DNA from: an uncultured Spirochaetaceae bacterium
GTDB lineage: Bacteria; Spirochaetota; Spirochaetia; SZUA-6; RPPD01
Reading direction: 5' to 3'
Assembly (NCBI GenBank): GCA_964634205.1
Contig: CAZWKE010000001.1
Coordinates: 33,325-97,324 of the forward strand
DNA length: 64,000 bases
A model generated the notes under the pieces. That model had not been told where the DNA came from. It worked only from the letters and a program-made list of their open reading frames with translations, and did not search any database. Positions within the stretch are counted from its first letter, which is position 1, and each line of letters begins with the position of its first letter. Shown piece after piece: positions 22,052 to 31,907 of the stretch. The position numbers and the translations under genes were made by a program.

Positions 22052-23602
22052 TCAACTCCTTCTGCGTAAGCGTACCTGCTCAATATCAGCCTGAAATAAA
22101 TCGCGGATATCCTTTAATCCCAGGGACATAAGGGCCATACGGTCGATACCCATTCCCCAGGCCAGCACCGGTACATGAACGCCCAGAGGAACGGTCACTT
22201 CGGGACGGAATATCCCGGCGCCCCCCAGCTCAAACCAACCCAGTTCCGGATGCTTTATGTGCACCTCAACGGACGGTTCGGTAAAAGGGAAGTACCCCGG
22301 TACATATTTCACCTCTTTGGCACCCGCCACCTCTTCGGCAAACATTTTCAACAGTCCCAGCAGGGTGCGCAGGTTTACGTCTTCACCCAACACAATCCCT
22401 TCGGTCTGATAAAAATCCGCAAGGTGGGTTGCGTCAACCTTGTCATAACGGAAACAACGGACCACCCCGAAATACTTTCCCGGTATCTTTGCCTTTACCA
22501 GCGCTTTAGCGGAAAGAACCGTGCCCTGGCTGCGTAAAATAAGTTTTTTGGTAAACTGCTTGTCGAATTTATATCCCCACCCGCGGCTGCCTGTCTGCCA
22601 GCCGTTCTCGTGCGCAAGCGCCACCTGGGTCAGATAGGGCTCACGAATCGCCTTGGCCTGCCCGGGCTCCTTGATATAATACACATCATGAATATCACGG
22701 GCCGAATGAAACTGCGGCATAAAAAGTGCGTCACAATTCCAGAATTCGCTTTCCACCAGCGGGCCATCGTACTCTTCAAATCCCAAGGACACAAGTTTGT
22801 CTTTCAGTTTGTCCAGGAACTCAACATAAGGATTTTTCCTTCCCAGAAGGACCCTCACCGGTGGGGTGTTGAGATTGTAACTGCGAAACCCTTTGTTCCG
22901 CCATTCCCCGTTTTTCAAAATTTCAGGTGTAAGTGTGCCGATTTCTTCTCCGGTGACACCCTTTTGCAGCAAAGCCTTTTTCACGGCCTCACCCTGGGTG
23001 GTAAGGACATAGGTAACCTCATCCCGTTCGGTCTGTTTACAGATACTTGTGGCCGAGCCGCGTTTTTTTGCCAGAGAAGAAGCCAGGTTTTGCAGTTCAG
23101 GCCTTAACTCCATATGTTTTAACAATTTCTGTTCGTGGAGCAGCTTCAGCAACTCACGGATGCTTTTCAGTCTTGTATTTTTTGCGGTATCCTTGATAAA
23201 AACCGCCTTGTTTTCATTCATGGCAAGAACACCTTCTTTGGAAAGCATCCCGTACGCGGAGCCCACATCCTTGTTCTCAAGTTCGGTACGCTCCACCAGT
23301 TCGGGTACGGTAAGTTCCCCGTGGTTTTCCAGTAATGTCATTATTCTTTCTTCCGGAGTCCCTTTTTTGAAGTATTCCTGTCCCAGTTCGGTTATTTCAT
23401 AGGAAACAACCGTAAACCGCTCGGTTTCCGCAAAAAGTTCCTTTGCACTCAACCAACTGAACACCTGGTTACACTGTCCCAGGTTAAAGGAAAGTCTCTC
23501 CATTAAAAGAGCAGGGGTAATTTTTTCACCCTGTTCCACAACACGAAGCACCTTGATTTCGAGAGGATGGAGGGTCCGGATAATAGTATCAACAGCGTCC
23601 AT
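22052..23602 (-). CDS. pheS: Phenylalanine-tRNA ligase alpha subunit, archaeal/eukaryotic type
   Basis: About 516 aa with a long N-terminal extension; EFWNCDALFMPQFHSARD, CFRYDKVDATH, YFPFTEPS, GIDRMAL. Start ATG 23602 has a GGAG RBS. Confidence 0.95.
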   Translation of the reverse strand: MDAVDTIIRTLHPLEIKVLRVVEQGEKITPALLMERLSFNLGQCNQVFSWLSAKELFAETERFTVVSYEITELGQEYFKKGTPEERIMTLLENHGELTVPELVERTELENKDVGSAYGMLSKEGVLAMNENKAVFIKDTAKNTRLKSIRELLKLLHEQKLLKHMELRPELQNLASSLAKKRGSATSICKQTERDEVTYVLTTQGEAVKKALLQKGVTGEEIGTLTPEILKNGEWRNKGFRSYNLNTPPVRVLLGRKNPYVEFLDKLKDKLVSLGFEEYDGPLVESEFWNCDALFMPQFHSARDIHDVYYIKEPGQAKAIREPYLTQVALAHENGWQTGSRGWGYKFDKQFTKKLILRSQGTVLSAKALVKAKIPGKYFGVVRCFRYDKVDATHLADFYQTEGIVLGEDVNLRTLLGLLKMFAEEVAGAKEVKYVPGYFPFTEPSVEVHIKHPELGWFELGGAGIFRPEVTVPLGVHVPVLAWGMGIDRMALMSLGLKDIRDLFQADIEQVRLRRRS

Positions 23603-23719
23603 AACAACAACTCCACGCATAGAATTATAAACTCTTAATAGGTAACCTTTAATGGAAAGATTGTAAAGGGGTTGGTAGGTTTTTTATCGCAGTTTTATAT
23701 AACGGATAATTACCGTTTA

Positions 23720-23992
23720 TCAGGAATCCTCTTCCAGAACCTTAATTTCATGATGGGCCGATTCCTGAACCTCTTCGTATTTTCGGCCCTCATCTATTAA
23801 TGCCCGGAATGTATCAAGTGTGGCCGGCGTTACCGTAAATCCTTTTTCCAGCGCCAATTCCTGTAATACGGGCCGCTTCAAATTTTGGTTCTCAAAAAAT
23901 CCGAAAAACCCTTCAAAATGAACGGGTTTACCGCTGATGACGCAGGTTCCCTTTACCGGTTTATCGATAAGCATCAAGTAAATCATAGACAC
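23720..23992 (-). CDS. Hypothetical protein (90 aa)
   Basis: GAAGG RBS; fills the intergenic gap; no recognisable motif. Confidence 0.55.
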   Translation of the reverse strand: MSMIYLMLIDKPVKGTCVISGKPVHFEGFFGFFENQNLKRPVLQELALEKGFTVTPATLDTFRALIDEGRKYEEVQESAHHEIKVLEEDS

Positions 23993-24076
23993 ACCTTCCT
24001 TTTCTTCCCTTTAAATAGTAATGAAAACCTCTGCGGTTTTCAACAGTTCCACCTATTCTTAAGAATGCTTTTTTTA

Positions 24077-24100
24077 TAGTGCTACGAAGCTTGTTGTTTT
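24077..24100 (+). repeat. Solo copy of the IS terminal inverted repeat
   Basis: TA+GTGCTACGAAGCTTGTTGTTTT matches the IS right end (reverse complement GTGCTACGAACCTTGTTGTTTT) at 21/22. Confidence 0.75.
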
Positions 24101-24156
24101 ATCCCTTGATTGCATGTACGCGTGGTTCGATAAATAGTATATTAGGGAAGAAGGAA

Positions 24157-25260
24157 ATGATTGCCATGAAAAAAACAGTGTTTCTCCTGCTGGGAATAAT
24201 CGTCTGCATCTGGTCGGTAAACGCACAATCGAGTGGAAGGCTTAATCTTACCTTTATGGGTGATATCATGGCCCACGACGTTAATTACCGCATGAAAAAC
24301 TATAACCTGATTTATGAGGATGTAAAGGATCTTTTGTTAAACGACGACCTGTCATTTGCCAATCTTGAGTTTCCCGTTGACGGGGACCTTCCGTATTCCA
24401 CCTATCCGCGATTTAATGTGCACTCCGCGTATGTGTTCGCGGCTGTGAAAGCGGGCATAGAAGTGTTTTCCCTGGCAAACAACCACTCTCTGGACCAGGG
24501 AGCAAAGGGAGTACAAAAAACCCTCTTATCCTTAGTCGCCTTAAAACAACGCTTTGGGGGAAGACTGTACTTTTCGGGTATTCGCAAAAGTCTCGAACAA
24601 AAGATAACCCCACAGATTATCTACCGCAATGGACTGAAAATCGGGTTTTTGGCGGTGACCCAATTTTCAAATCTCCCCCAGGATAAGCCTTATATAAACG
24701 TAGTTGATTATAATGATGAAAAGCAGGCCAAATCTTTTTTGGCCATGTTGAAAAAAATTACCGGTGCTTATGACCTTTTTATACTTTCCTTTCACGGGGG
24801 AATTGAGTATGCAACCGAACCGGATCCTAAAAAAGTCACTTTTTTTAAAGCATTAATCGATGCCGGTGTTGATATCGTCTACGGTCACCATCCCCATGTA
24901 CTCCAGCCGTTTAAAATCATTACTAAAAACGGGAATAAGAAACTGATTATCTATTCCATGGGAAATTTTATTTCAGGACAGACCTGGTTTATAAACCCCA
25001 AAAAGCCGTACAGCAAACGTGCCAATACCGGTGATTCGGTATTATTGCGGGTCTCGGTGGTTATTACCGGTGGAAACTCCGATATCGACCGGGTAGAACC
25101 CATACCCATAACGCATTACATCAAACCCGACAAGGACATTGTCGTAAGAAGACTTAAACCGCTTGCCGCAAGAAAACTTCACGGATTCTGGTCCCGCTAC
25201 TACCAGGTCCGCCTTGAATTAATGAAAGAGTTTTTACACAGCCTTTCTATAACGCCCTGA
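24157..25260 (+). CDS. CapA/PgsA family metallophosphatase-like exported protein
   Basis: FMGDIM, FANLE, SLANNHSLDQG, SFHGGIEY, GHHPHVLQP, YSMGNF. Start is ATG 24157 or 24166. Confidence 0.9.
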   Translation: MIAMKKTVFLLLGIIVCIWSVNAQSSGRLNLTFMGDIMAHDVNYRMKNYNLIYEDVKDLLLNDDLSFANLEFPVDGDLPYSTYPRFNVHSAYVFAAVKAGIEVFSLANNHSLDQGAKGVQKTLLSLVALKQRFGGRLYFSGIRKSLEQKITPQIIYRNGLKIGFLAVTQFSNLPQDKPYINVVDYNDEKQAKSFLAMLKKITGAYDLFILSFHGGIEYATEPDPKKVTFFKALIDAGVDIVYGHHPHVLQPFKIITKNGNKKLIIYSMGNFISGQTWFINPKKPYSKRANTGDSVLLRVSVVITGGNSDIDRVEPIPITHYIKPDKDIVVRRLKPLAARKLHGFWSRYYQVRLELMKEFLHSLSITP

Positions 25261-25323
25261 CCTGACAGTGTGAACAGCCGGAATGAAGGATTCGGGTTTT
25301 GGGATCGTAACTGGTATGCTGTG

Positions 25324-26664
25324 CTACGAAGGCAGCGCAACCGAAAAAAGCCGGCGCAATTCAGCCGCGAAATAGAGTGAACCCGTCGCCAGCACAGGAA
25401 CTACTTTCCCGGAAAGAGAAAGTGCTTTTTTTAATGCGCGGGCAGGGTTTTTTTCCAGTGTGGTCTGTTTATTTAGCCGGTAAAAAGCCTTGTACACCTC
25501 CCGGGGATCACTCCGGCGAAAAGATCCCGGGGTGGAAATAATGATATGAAGGAATTGGGGAGCCAGGATTGCGGCCATTTCCTCTATTTTTTTCCCTGTT
25601 ACCGCGGCAAACAAAAGGATCCCCCTTTGCCCGGCCAGATGACTAAAGCTTGAAACCGCCCTGGAAACCGAGCCCGGCGTGTGGGCCCCGTCAATAATAA
25701 CAAGCGGATTTTTATTCAGCACCTCCATCCTGGCCGGCAAGAAGGCCGTACTGAATCCCTGTTTAATCACATCATCCGGAAGTTCGGGATACAAGGTGTG
25801 CAACACCAAAAACGCCAGGGAGGCATTCTCAGCCTGGAAAGCACCCGGGAGTAATAGCTGGAAATTCCGTTCCTTATCACCCGCCATGACAAGGCTGAAC
25901 TCCGTGTGCTCGACCGAATCAGACACCACCAGCCGTTCTATGGCTTCATCCAGAAAATACAGGGCCGCATTATGAGCTGCCGCATACTCCCTGACCACCT
26001 TTTTTACCGCCCGATTCTGAAATCCGCAGAAAACCGGAATATTCCGCTTTATTATTCCGCATTTTTCCGCGGCTATTTTTTCCAGTGTATTCCCCAGGAT
26101 TGCTTCATGCTCCATTTCAATCGGTGTCAGCACAACCGCCGCAGGGTTGACGATATTAGTTGCGTCCAGCCTACCCCCCAGACCGGTTTCCAGGATAATG
26201 TATTCACATCCCTGACGTTTAAAGGCCAGCCAGGCCAGGAGTGTCATCAATTCGAAAAAAGAGGGCTGTTTCCCCCCGGGAAAATCTGCTTTGGGGATTC
26301 TCCCCAAAACCTGTTGTAACTCACCGCAAAGCCCGGTGAACACATCGATAGCAACCGGTTCGCCGTTTATAACAATACGCTCCAGAATTGAACTGACATG
26401 AGGCGACGTGTACATCCCCGTATGTTTTCCGGCGGCCCTCAACCCCGCTGCCAGAAAACACGCGGTTGAGCCTTTTGCCTTGGACCCGGCGATATGTATG
26501 ACTTTGAAACCTTGTTGAGGATTACCGAAACGCTTAAGTAAAAACCGCATACAGTCAAGTTTATACTCACTTGATTTAATGGCAGCGGTGTCTCTTTCCA
26601 GGTTAATAAAGGAATACAGGTATTTTACGCATTTCTCAAACAGGGCTTGGTTACGTTTTTTCAT
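25324..26664 (-). CDS. folC: Folylpolyglutamate synthase / dihydrofolate synthase
   Basis: IHIAGSKAKGST, YTSPH, ETGLGGRLDATN, IAAEKCGII, IIDGAHT, TGSLY. Confidence 0.95.
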   Translation of the reverse strand: MKKRNQALFEKCVKYLYSFINLERDTAAIKSSEYKLDCMRFLLKRFGNPQQGFKVIHIAGSKAKGSTACFLAAGLRAAGKHTGMYTSPHVSSILERIVINGEPVAIDVFTGLCGELQQVLGRIPKADFPGGKQPSFFELMTLLAWLAFKRQGCEYIILETGLGGRLDATNIVNPAAVVLTPIEMEHEAILGNTLEKIAAEKCGIIKRNIPVFCGFQNRAVKKVVREYAAAHNAALYFLDEAIERLVVSDSVEHTEFSLVMAGDKERNFQLLLPGAFQAENASLAFLVLHTLYPELPDDVIKQGFSTAFLPARMEVLNKNPLVIIDGAHTPGSVSRAVSSFSHLAGQRGILLFAAVTGKKIEEMAAILAPQFLHIIISTPGSFRRSDPREVYKAFYRLNKQTTLEKNPARALKKALSLSGKVVPVLATGSLYFAAELRRLFSVALPS

Positions 26665-26708
26665 CTACAACTGACCACACCGGAATATAAAACAGGAAAG
26701 GCAAAAAA

Positions 26709-26792
26709 TGCTGTGGAAAGGACTTGAACCTTCACGGGGTAACCCCCACTAGCCCCTCAAGCTAGCGTGTCTACCAATTCCACCACCACAGC
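26709..26792 (-). tRNA. tRNA-Leu(GAG)
   Basis: GCTGTGG acceptor stem, anticodon arm CTAGC-TTGAGGG-GCTAG, class II variable arm, GTTCAAGTC; CCA not encoded. Confidence 0.95.
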
Positions 26793-26901
26793 TCGTAATA
26801 CGGTGCGTATTAATATAATAAACAAAAATCTTTTTTGTCAAGGCATAAAGGATTGTGGAATACTTGAAGCAAACGGCGATATTATGCAGTATATATATTG
26901 T

Positions 26902-28257
26902 ATGAAACAAAAAATCCACTATGTATGTTCGCAGTGCGGACACGCCGAACCGAAATGGTTGGGGAGATGTCCGGAATGCGGTAACTGGAACACCCTGCGG
27001 GAGGCTGAAAAGCAAACCGGCGGGAGTGTGAAGAAGACCGGAACCAACCTTACCACCGTCCCGCTTTTCTCTGTGCAAAAAAAAGAGGATATGCGTTTTG
27101 ATTGCGGAAATGAAGAAATAAACAGGGTATTGGGCGGGGGTATAATGAAAGGGTCGGCCATTCTCATCGGAGGGGAACCGGGCATCGGGAAGTCCACCCT
27201 GATGCTGCAGCTTTCATCCAGTATAAAAACAAACGGCAGAATATTATATATTTCGGGTGAGGAATCTCCCGCTCAATTGAAAATGCATGCGGACCGACTG
27301 GGTATCAAAAAAGCCACTATTGAAGTATTTCCGGAAACCGAAATTTCGGCCATCAATACCGTCCTTGATCGGGTTAATCCCGTACTGGTAATTGTAGACT
27401 CAATTCAAACCATCATCGACCATGAATTGGGCATGGTCGCGGGCAGCGTCAATCAAATAAAATACTGTTCACAGGAACTTATCGAATGGGTGAAAACAAG
27501 ATCCGCGGCCCTGTTTTTAATCGGGCATGTTACCAAGGAGGGCAGTATTGCCGGTCCGAAGATTATCGAGCACATGGTTGATACGGTACTATCCTTCGAG
27601 ACCGCTGACAACGATATACGTTTTTTGCGTACCAACAAGAACCGCTTCGGTTCAAGCGATGAGATCGGTATTTTTAAAATGTCGGAAAGCGGGCTTGTCC
27701 CGGTAAAAAACGCAGCTACCCTGTTTCTGGAGCAGCGGGCGGGGGAGCTTCCTCCCGGCATTGCCATTACTCCTTTGTATGAGGGCTCCCGCGTACTGTT
27801 GGTGGAGATCCAGTGTCTGGTGATTCCGGCCAAGGGAGGGGTTTCACGGGTCTTTTCCGATCGCATCGACGCGCGCATGGTATCCAAGGCCGCCGCGGTT
27901 CTGGAAAAACACCTGAATATACGGCTTACGGATTATGATATTTATGTGAATGTGGCCGGCGGACTACAGGTCAAAGAGGTGGGCGTGGAGCTCCCGCTGT
28001 GCCTGGCCCTTTATTCGGCCCGGCTTTCCGTACCCCTGCCGCATGCTACAGCCATATGTGGGGAGGTAAGCCTGGCCGGGGAGATCCGGACCATTAAACG
28101 CCTTGATCTCCGGGTAAAAACCGCCTCAGAATTGGGATTTTCATCCATACTTGGTCCGCAGGTTGAGGAAAAAAACTCCATAAAAGACGCAGAATATAAA
28201 GGATACGCTTCGTTGAAAGAGGCGGTGCTTTCTATTTTTAAACGCCGACAGCAGTAA
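26902..28257 (+). CDS. radA: DNA repair protein RadA/Sms
   Basis: CSQC..GRCPEC zinc finger, GEPGIGKST, KNRFG, Lon-like C-terminus GEVSLAGEIR. The real start is MKQK at 26902. Confidence 0.97.
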   Translation: MKQKIHYVCSQCGHAEPKWLGRCPECGNWNTLREAEKQTGGSVKKTGTNLTTVPLFSVQKKEDMRFDCGNEEINRVLGGGIMKGSAILIGGEPGIGKSTLMLQLSSSIKTNGRILYISGEESPAQLKMHADRLGIKKATIEVFPETEISAINTVLDRVNPVLVIVDSIQTIIDHELGMVAGSVNQIKYCSQELIEWVKTRSAALFLIGHVTKEGSIAGPKIIEHMVDTVLSFETADNDIRFLRTNKNRFGSSDEIGIFKMSESGLVPVKNAATLFLEQRAGELPPGIAITPLYEGSRVLLVEIQCLVIPAKGGVSRVFSDRIDARMVSKAAAVLEKHLNIRLTDYDIYVNVAGGLQVKEVGVELPLCLALYSARLSVPLPHATAICGEVSLAGEIRTIKRLDLRVKTASELGFSSILGPQVEEKNSIKDAEYKGYASLKEAVLSIFKRRQQ

Positions 28258-28324
28258 CGTAAAGCGTGAGCTGCCCGCCCTATCAACCGTGCTTTCGCAG
28301 GGAAAGCTCTGACAATATGGTCCC

Positions 28325-29506
28325 TTATTTAGCACCTAACAGCGAGGTAATAAGAGATATCCCCACCCAGGTTCCGATCATACTTCCCACGCCGGAGAGA
28401 AAAAACACCCAGAATATTTTCAGCACCCGGTTTGTATACAATCCCTTAAACTTATTTAAATCTTCATACAGGGATTCAAAATCCTTCACTTTCGGCTTCA
28501 TCACATAATATTGGATTAAGCCGGCAACCATCCCCGCACCCACAACCGGTGTCAAAGAGGTAAACGGCGCGGCAATGAATACAACCAGAATGGTCAACGG
28601 ATGGGCAAGGGCCAGAATCGCCCCCAAGGCCGAGGGAATTCCATTTGCTAAAAACCAGGTCCAGGCCATACTAATGCCCTTTTCCGCGCCTCCGAGGATA
28701 ACTCCCAGCACTATCAGGCCGATAACAATCACCGTAACAAACCAGGGGATGAGCTTGATAATAATTTTTTTCGGCGGAATGACATCGATATCGGAAACAT
28801 TGTTGGCCTGTTCTCCCTTTTCCAGGCGCCGCAGGTTGGCGATAATTCCCTCAACATGGCCGGCGCCGACAACAGCAACCAGTTTTTTCCCGGGAGTATT
28901 GAAGATCTTTGTTGCCAGGTATCTGTCACGTTCGTCTATGAGGACTTCTTTTACCGACGGTAAATACCCCGCCAGCTCCTCCATCATATTGTGCATCAGG
29001 CTTTTTTCCTTGAGTTTTTCCATTTCCTCTTCGGAAAGTTTCTCTTTGGTAAACACCGAGGTCAAAAGCGCGGCCAGCATTTTATTCTTACCCCAAAAAC
29101 TCGACTTGGACCAGGCCCGGCGCAAGGTCACCTGCACCTCCCGGTCGCAAAACTCACAGGGGATCTCCAGTTCTCCCGCCACCTGAATTGCCTTCAGCAT
29201 TTCCTCCCCCGGTTTTACCCCGACATTCAGACCCAGCCGCCGTTGAAAAGAGGCAAGTACAATATTGGCCAACAACAGGAAGCCCTTGCGTTCCTTTAAT
29301 ACCCTGGTGATATCCAAATTCTTCCAGACATTAGTTTGGGTCAACGTCTGATAGCGTGTTTTATCCAACTCCACACATACCCGATCGGGTTTTTCCTTCC
29401 GGATAACCTCTTCAACCTCAAGGACACTTGCCTGAGAAACATGGGCTGTGCCCACAAGGGTGATTTTTTTCCCGTTTACCGTAATTGTCTGAAGCATCTC
29501 ATTCAT
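28325..29506 (-). CDS. TraB/PrgY (Tiki-type) family protein
   Basis: LVGTAHVSQAS, VCVELD, PGEEM, LIDERDRYLA, VGAGHVEGI; C-terminal TM helices. Confidence 0.9.
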   Translation of the reverse strand: MNEMLQTITVNGKKITLVGTAHVSQASVLEVEEVIRKEKPDRVCVELDKTRYQTLTQTNVWKNLDITRVLKERKGFLLLANIVLASFQRRLGLNVGVKPGEEMLKAIQVAGELEIPCEFCDREVQVTLRRAWSKSSFWGKNKMLAALLTSVFTKEKLSEEEMEKLKEKSLMHNMMEELAGYLPSVKEVLIDERDRYLATKIFNTPGKKLVAVVGAGHVEGIIANLRRLEKGEQANNVSDIDVIPPKKIIIKLIPWFVTVIVIGLIVLGVILGGAEKGISMAWTWFLANGIPSALGAILALAHPLTILVVFIAAPFTSLTPVVGAGMVAGLIQYYVMKPKVKDFESLYEDLNKFKGLYTNRVLKIFWVFFLSGVGSMIGTWVGISLITSLLGAK

Positions 29507-29534
29507 ATTGATTTCCTTTGATCTAATTTAAGAA

Positions 29535-30920
29535 TTATTTTGCCGAAAACTTATCCAGTTCATATCGGGCAAGACGTCTTTCCGGATATCCCCACGCATC
29601 AGTATCCACAACCTCCTGCAAAAAGGTAACGGCCGAATGCTTTTTATTTTGCAGAAGAAAGTTCACCGCAAGGTAAAAAAGCATTTGCGCACGAACACGG
29701 GGGATTTTTTCATCGTTGGCCATAGCCAATACCGAGGATTCGGCCGACGGTTCAAGATAATAACGGGCAATATGGTACTGCCACGAACCGGATGGCATAT
29801 TTTTAAGATTTGATTTTAAATATTCCTTGGCCTGCTTTTCCTTTCCCGCTTTTTTCAGGGTAACCGCAGCCAGCAAAATGTCCGAAAATTTTTCTTTCTC
29901 ATACCCGGCAGCCTTGGCAAACATTTTAGATGAATCCAGGAAACGATCCTGTACATAATACAGAATTGCCAATGAGTCATAAGCAAAGTAATATTCCGGT
30001 TTAAGGCTGATTACCTTCTCATAATCACGGGTCGATTCCGCTTTCAGCCCTTTCTCTTCCAGTATTCCGGCACGGAATATATAGGCCACAAAATTATTCG
30101 GATCAAGCTTGATTGCAGTATTAAAATCCTGCAGGGCGCGATCTCTTTTCCCCATGCTTAAAAGCAGCCTGCCCCGGTCAAAATAGCTGTAATAGTATTC
30201 ATTATCCAGTGTAATCGCCTTGTCCAGATCGGCAAGGGCCTCTTCCTTATGGTTCAATGTCCTGTTGGCCCTGGCCCGGTCGATATAAGAAAAGGGATAA
30301 TCAGGCTCGGCCGCAATTGCCTTGTTCATATATTGAAGTGCCTGTTTATACTTTTTCTGATGATAATTCACATTACCCAACCCCAACAGGGCGACAAGAT
30401 TGTTATTATCCGCGGCGACCACCTTGTTAAACATACCCTCGGCTTTTTTATAGTCTTTATCATATAAATATATGGCCCCCAGGGCGGAAAGCGCGTCGGT
30501 ATGAGCGGGATCAAGGGAAATCACCCGCTCAAGCAGGGCTTTCTGGGTTTTTTCATCACCTTCCAAGCCTTTTAGTATGGCTTTATTGTACAGCGCTCCC
30601 GTGTTGTCCGGTTCCTGTTTCAATACTCCGTCAATCTCATCCTGTGCCTGTTTTAGTTTGCCGGCGAACAGCAGCAACCTCGCATAAAGCAGTTGGGTTT
30701 CCGTATCCCCCGGTTTTTCTTTGAAAGCTTTTTCATAAGCCTCCAGGGCCTTGTCGGGTTTCCCCAACATTAAAAAGTTCGAAATACTCTCAAAAGGGCT
30801 TTCAAAAGCATCGGTTTTCCGTGTGGAAGGGTTGGCGGTCTTACAGGAAAAACCAAGCGAGATCAATAGCAGCATACAACCAAAACAAATAAAGCCGAGA
30901 GATCTATTTTTCATTCTCAT
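29535..30920 (-). CDS. Tetratricopeptide-repeat lipoprotein
   Basis: Lipobox LGFSC and about 9 TPR-like 34-aa repeats. Confidence 0.88.
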   Translation of the reverse strand: MRMKNRSLGFICFGCMLLLISLGFSCKTANPSTRKTDAFESPFESISNFLMLGKPDKALEAYEKAFKEKPGDTETQLLYARLLLFAGKLKQAQDEIDGVLKQEPDNTGALYNKAILKGLEGDEKTQKALLERVISLDPAHTDALSALGAIYLYDKDYKKAEGMFNKVVAADNNNLVALLGLGNVNYHQKKYKQALQYMNKAIAAEPDYPFSYIDRARANRTLNHKEEALADLDKAITLDNEYYYSYFDRGRLLLSMGKRDRALQDFNTAIKLDPNNFVAYIFRAGILEEKGLKAESTRDYEKVISLKPEYYFAYDSLAILYYVQDRFLDSSKMFAKAAGYEKEKFSDILLAAVTLKKAGKEKQAKEYLKSNLKNMPSGSWQYHIARYYLEPSAESSVLAMANDEKIPRVRAQMLFYLAVNFLLQNKKHSAVTFLQEVVDTDAWGYPERRLARYELDKFSAK

Positions 30921-31063
30921 ACCTTTCTTTGAAGATATTTAATATAATCCGCTTCCTTTATTTATACAAGCGTAATAATGAAAAATAATACATCACTCCG
31001 GGGGCAGTTTTGCATGCCTGCGACAATTCTCATTTCAAGCCATGCAATTCTGAAATTGCCGGC

Positions 31064-31092
31064 TTGACTATAAAAGCCTGGTGTACTATAGA
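31064..31092 (+). promoter_or_regulatory. Putative sigma-70 promoter of mazG
   Basis: TTGACT-N17-TATAGA, 5 nt before the ATG. Confidence 0.45.
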
Positions 31093-31097
31093 GAGAT

Positions 31098-31907
31098 ATG
31101 AAAGAGACAAATCCCACAATTAATGCAATCAAGGAAGCATTCGCCCGACTCTATGATATTATCAGCGAACTCAGGGGACCCGGGGGTTGTCCCTGGGATA
31201 AGGAACAGACCCCCTATACCATCAGAGAGAACCTGTTGGAAGAGGCGTACGAATGCATCCACGCCATAGAAGAAAAAAACGACGAAAATTTTAAAGAGGA
31301 ACTGGGCGACCTGTTTCTGATCCTGACCATGCTTTCCCGTATGAGTGAAGAAGACAACCGGTTTACCTTATTAGCAGTCCTTGAAGGAATTTGTGAAAAA
31401 TTGATCCGTCGGCACCCTCACGTTTTTAAAAAAAAGGAAGCTAAATCGGTTGAAAAAATCCTTCAACACTGGGATTACATAAAGGAGCATATCGAAGGGA
31501 AAAAATATAAACATTCGATTTTTGAAAACCTGTTAAAACCCATCCCCCCCCTTGAACGTGCGTATCATATTCAAAAAAAAGTATCCAAAATAGGTTTTGA
31601 CTGGGAAAATCCTGAACAGGTTTGGGACAAAATTCATGAGGAGATGCGGGAGCTGCAGGAGTCTTTCAGCGGAAAGAACAGCGATGAGTTGGAGATGGAA
31701 ATCGGCGATCTTTTTTTTACATTGGTAAACTTCTCACGACTGGCGGGATTTAATCCCGGTCTTGCCCTGGAGCGCTCGAATAAAAAATTCATTGCGCGTT
31801 TTCAGAAGGTAGAAGAGAAACTGAAAGAGATGAACATCAAACCCGAAGATGCGGGGCTGGAACTTATGGACTCTTTATGGGAGAGTGTAAAAACATCCAA
31901 GCCTTAA
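31098..31907 (+). CDS. mazG: Nucleoside triphosphate pyrophosphohydrolase MazG
   Basis: LRGPGGCPWDKEQT, EELGDL, KLIRRHPHVF, EIGDLFF. Confidence 0.96.
   Translation: MKETNPTINAIKEAFARLYDIISELRGPGGCPWDKEQTPYTIRENLLEEAYECIHAIEEKNDENFKEELGDLFLILTMLSRMSEEDNRFTLLAVLEGICEKLIRRHPHVFKKKEAKSVEKILQHWDYIKEHIEGKKYKHSIFENLLKPIPPLERAYHIQKKVSKIGFDWENPEQVWDKIHEEMRELQESFSGKNSDELEMEIGDLFFTLVNFSRLAGFNPGLALERSNKKFIARFQKVEEKLKEMNIKPEDAGLELMDSLWESVKTSKP

Noticed and set aside
25321-25331. GTGCTACGAAG at the folC stop as a third solo IS end
   Set aside because: It is only 11 nt, lacks the preceding TA, and may be chance; mentioned only as context.
26749-26901. N-terminal extension of radA and ORF 26749-27078
   Set aside because: Both overlap tRNA-Leu and its promoter; RadA homology starts at 26902.
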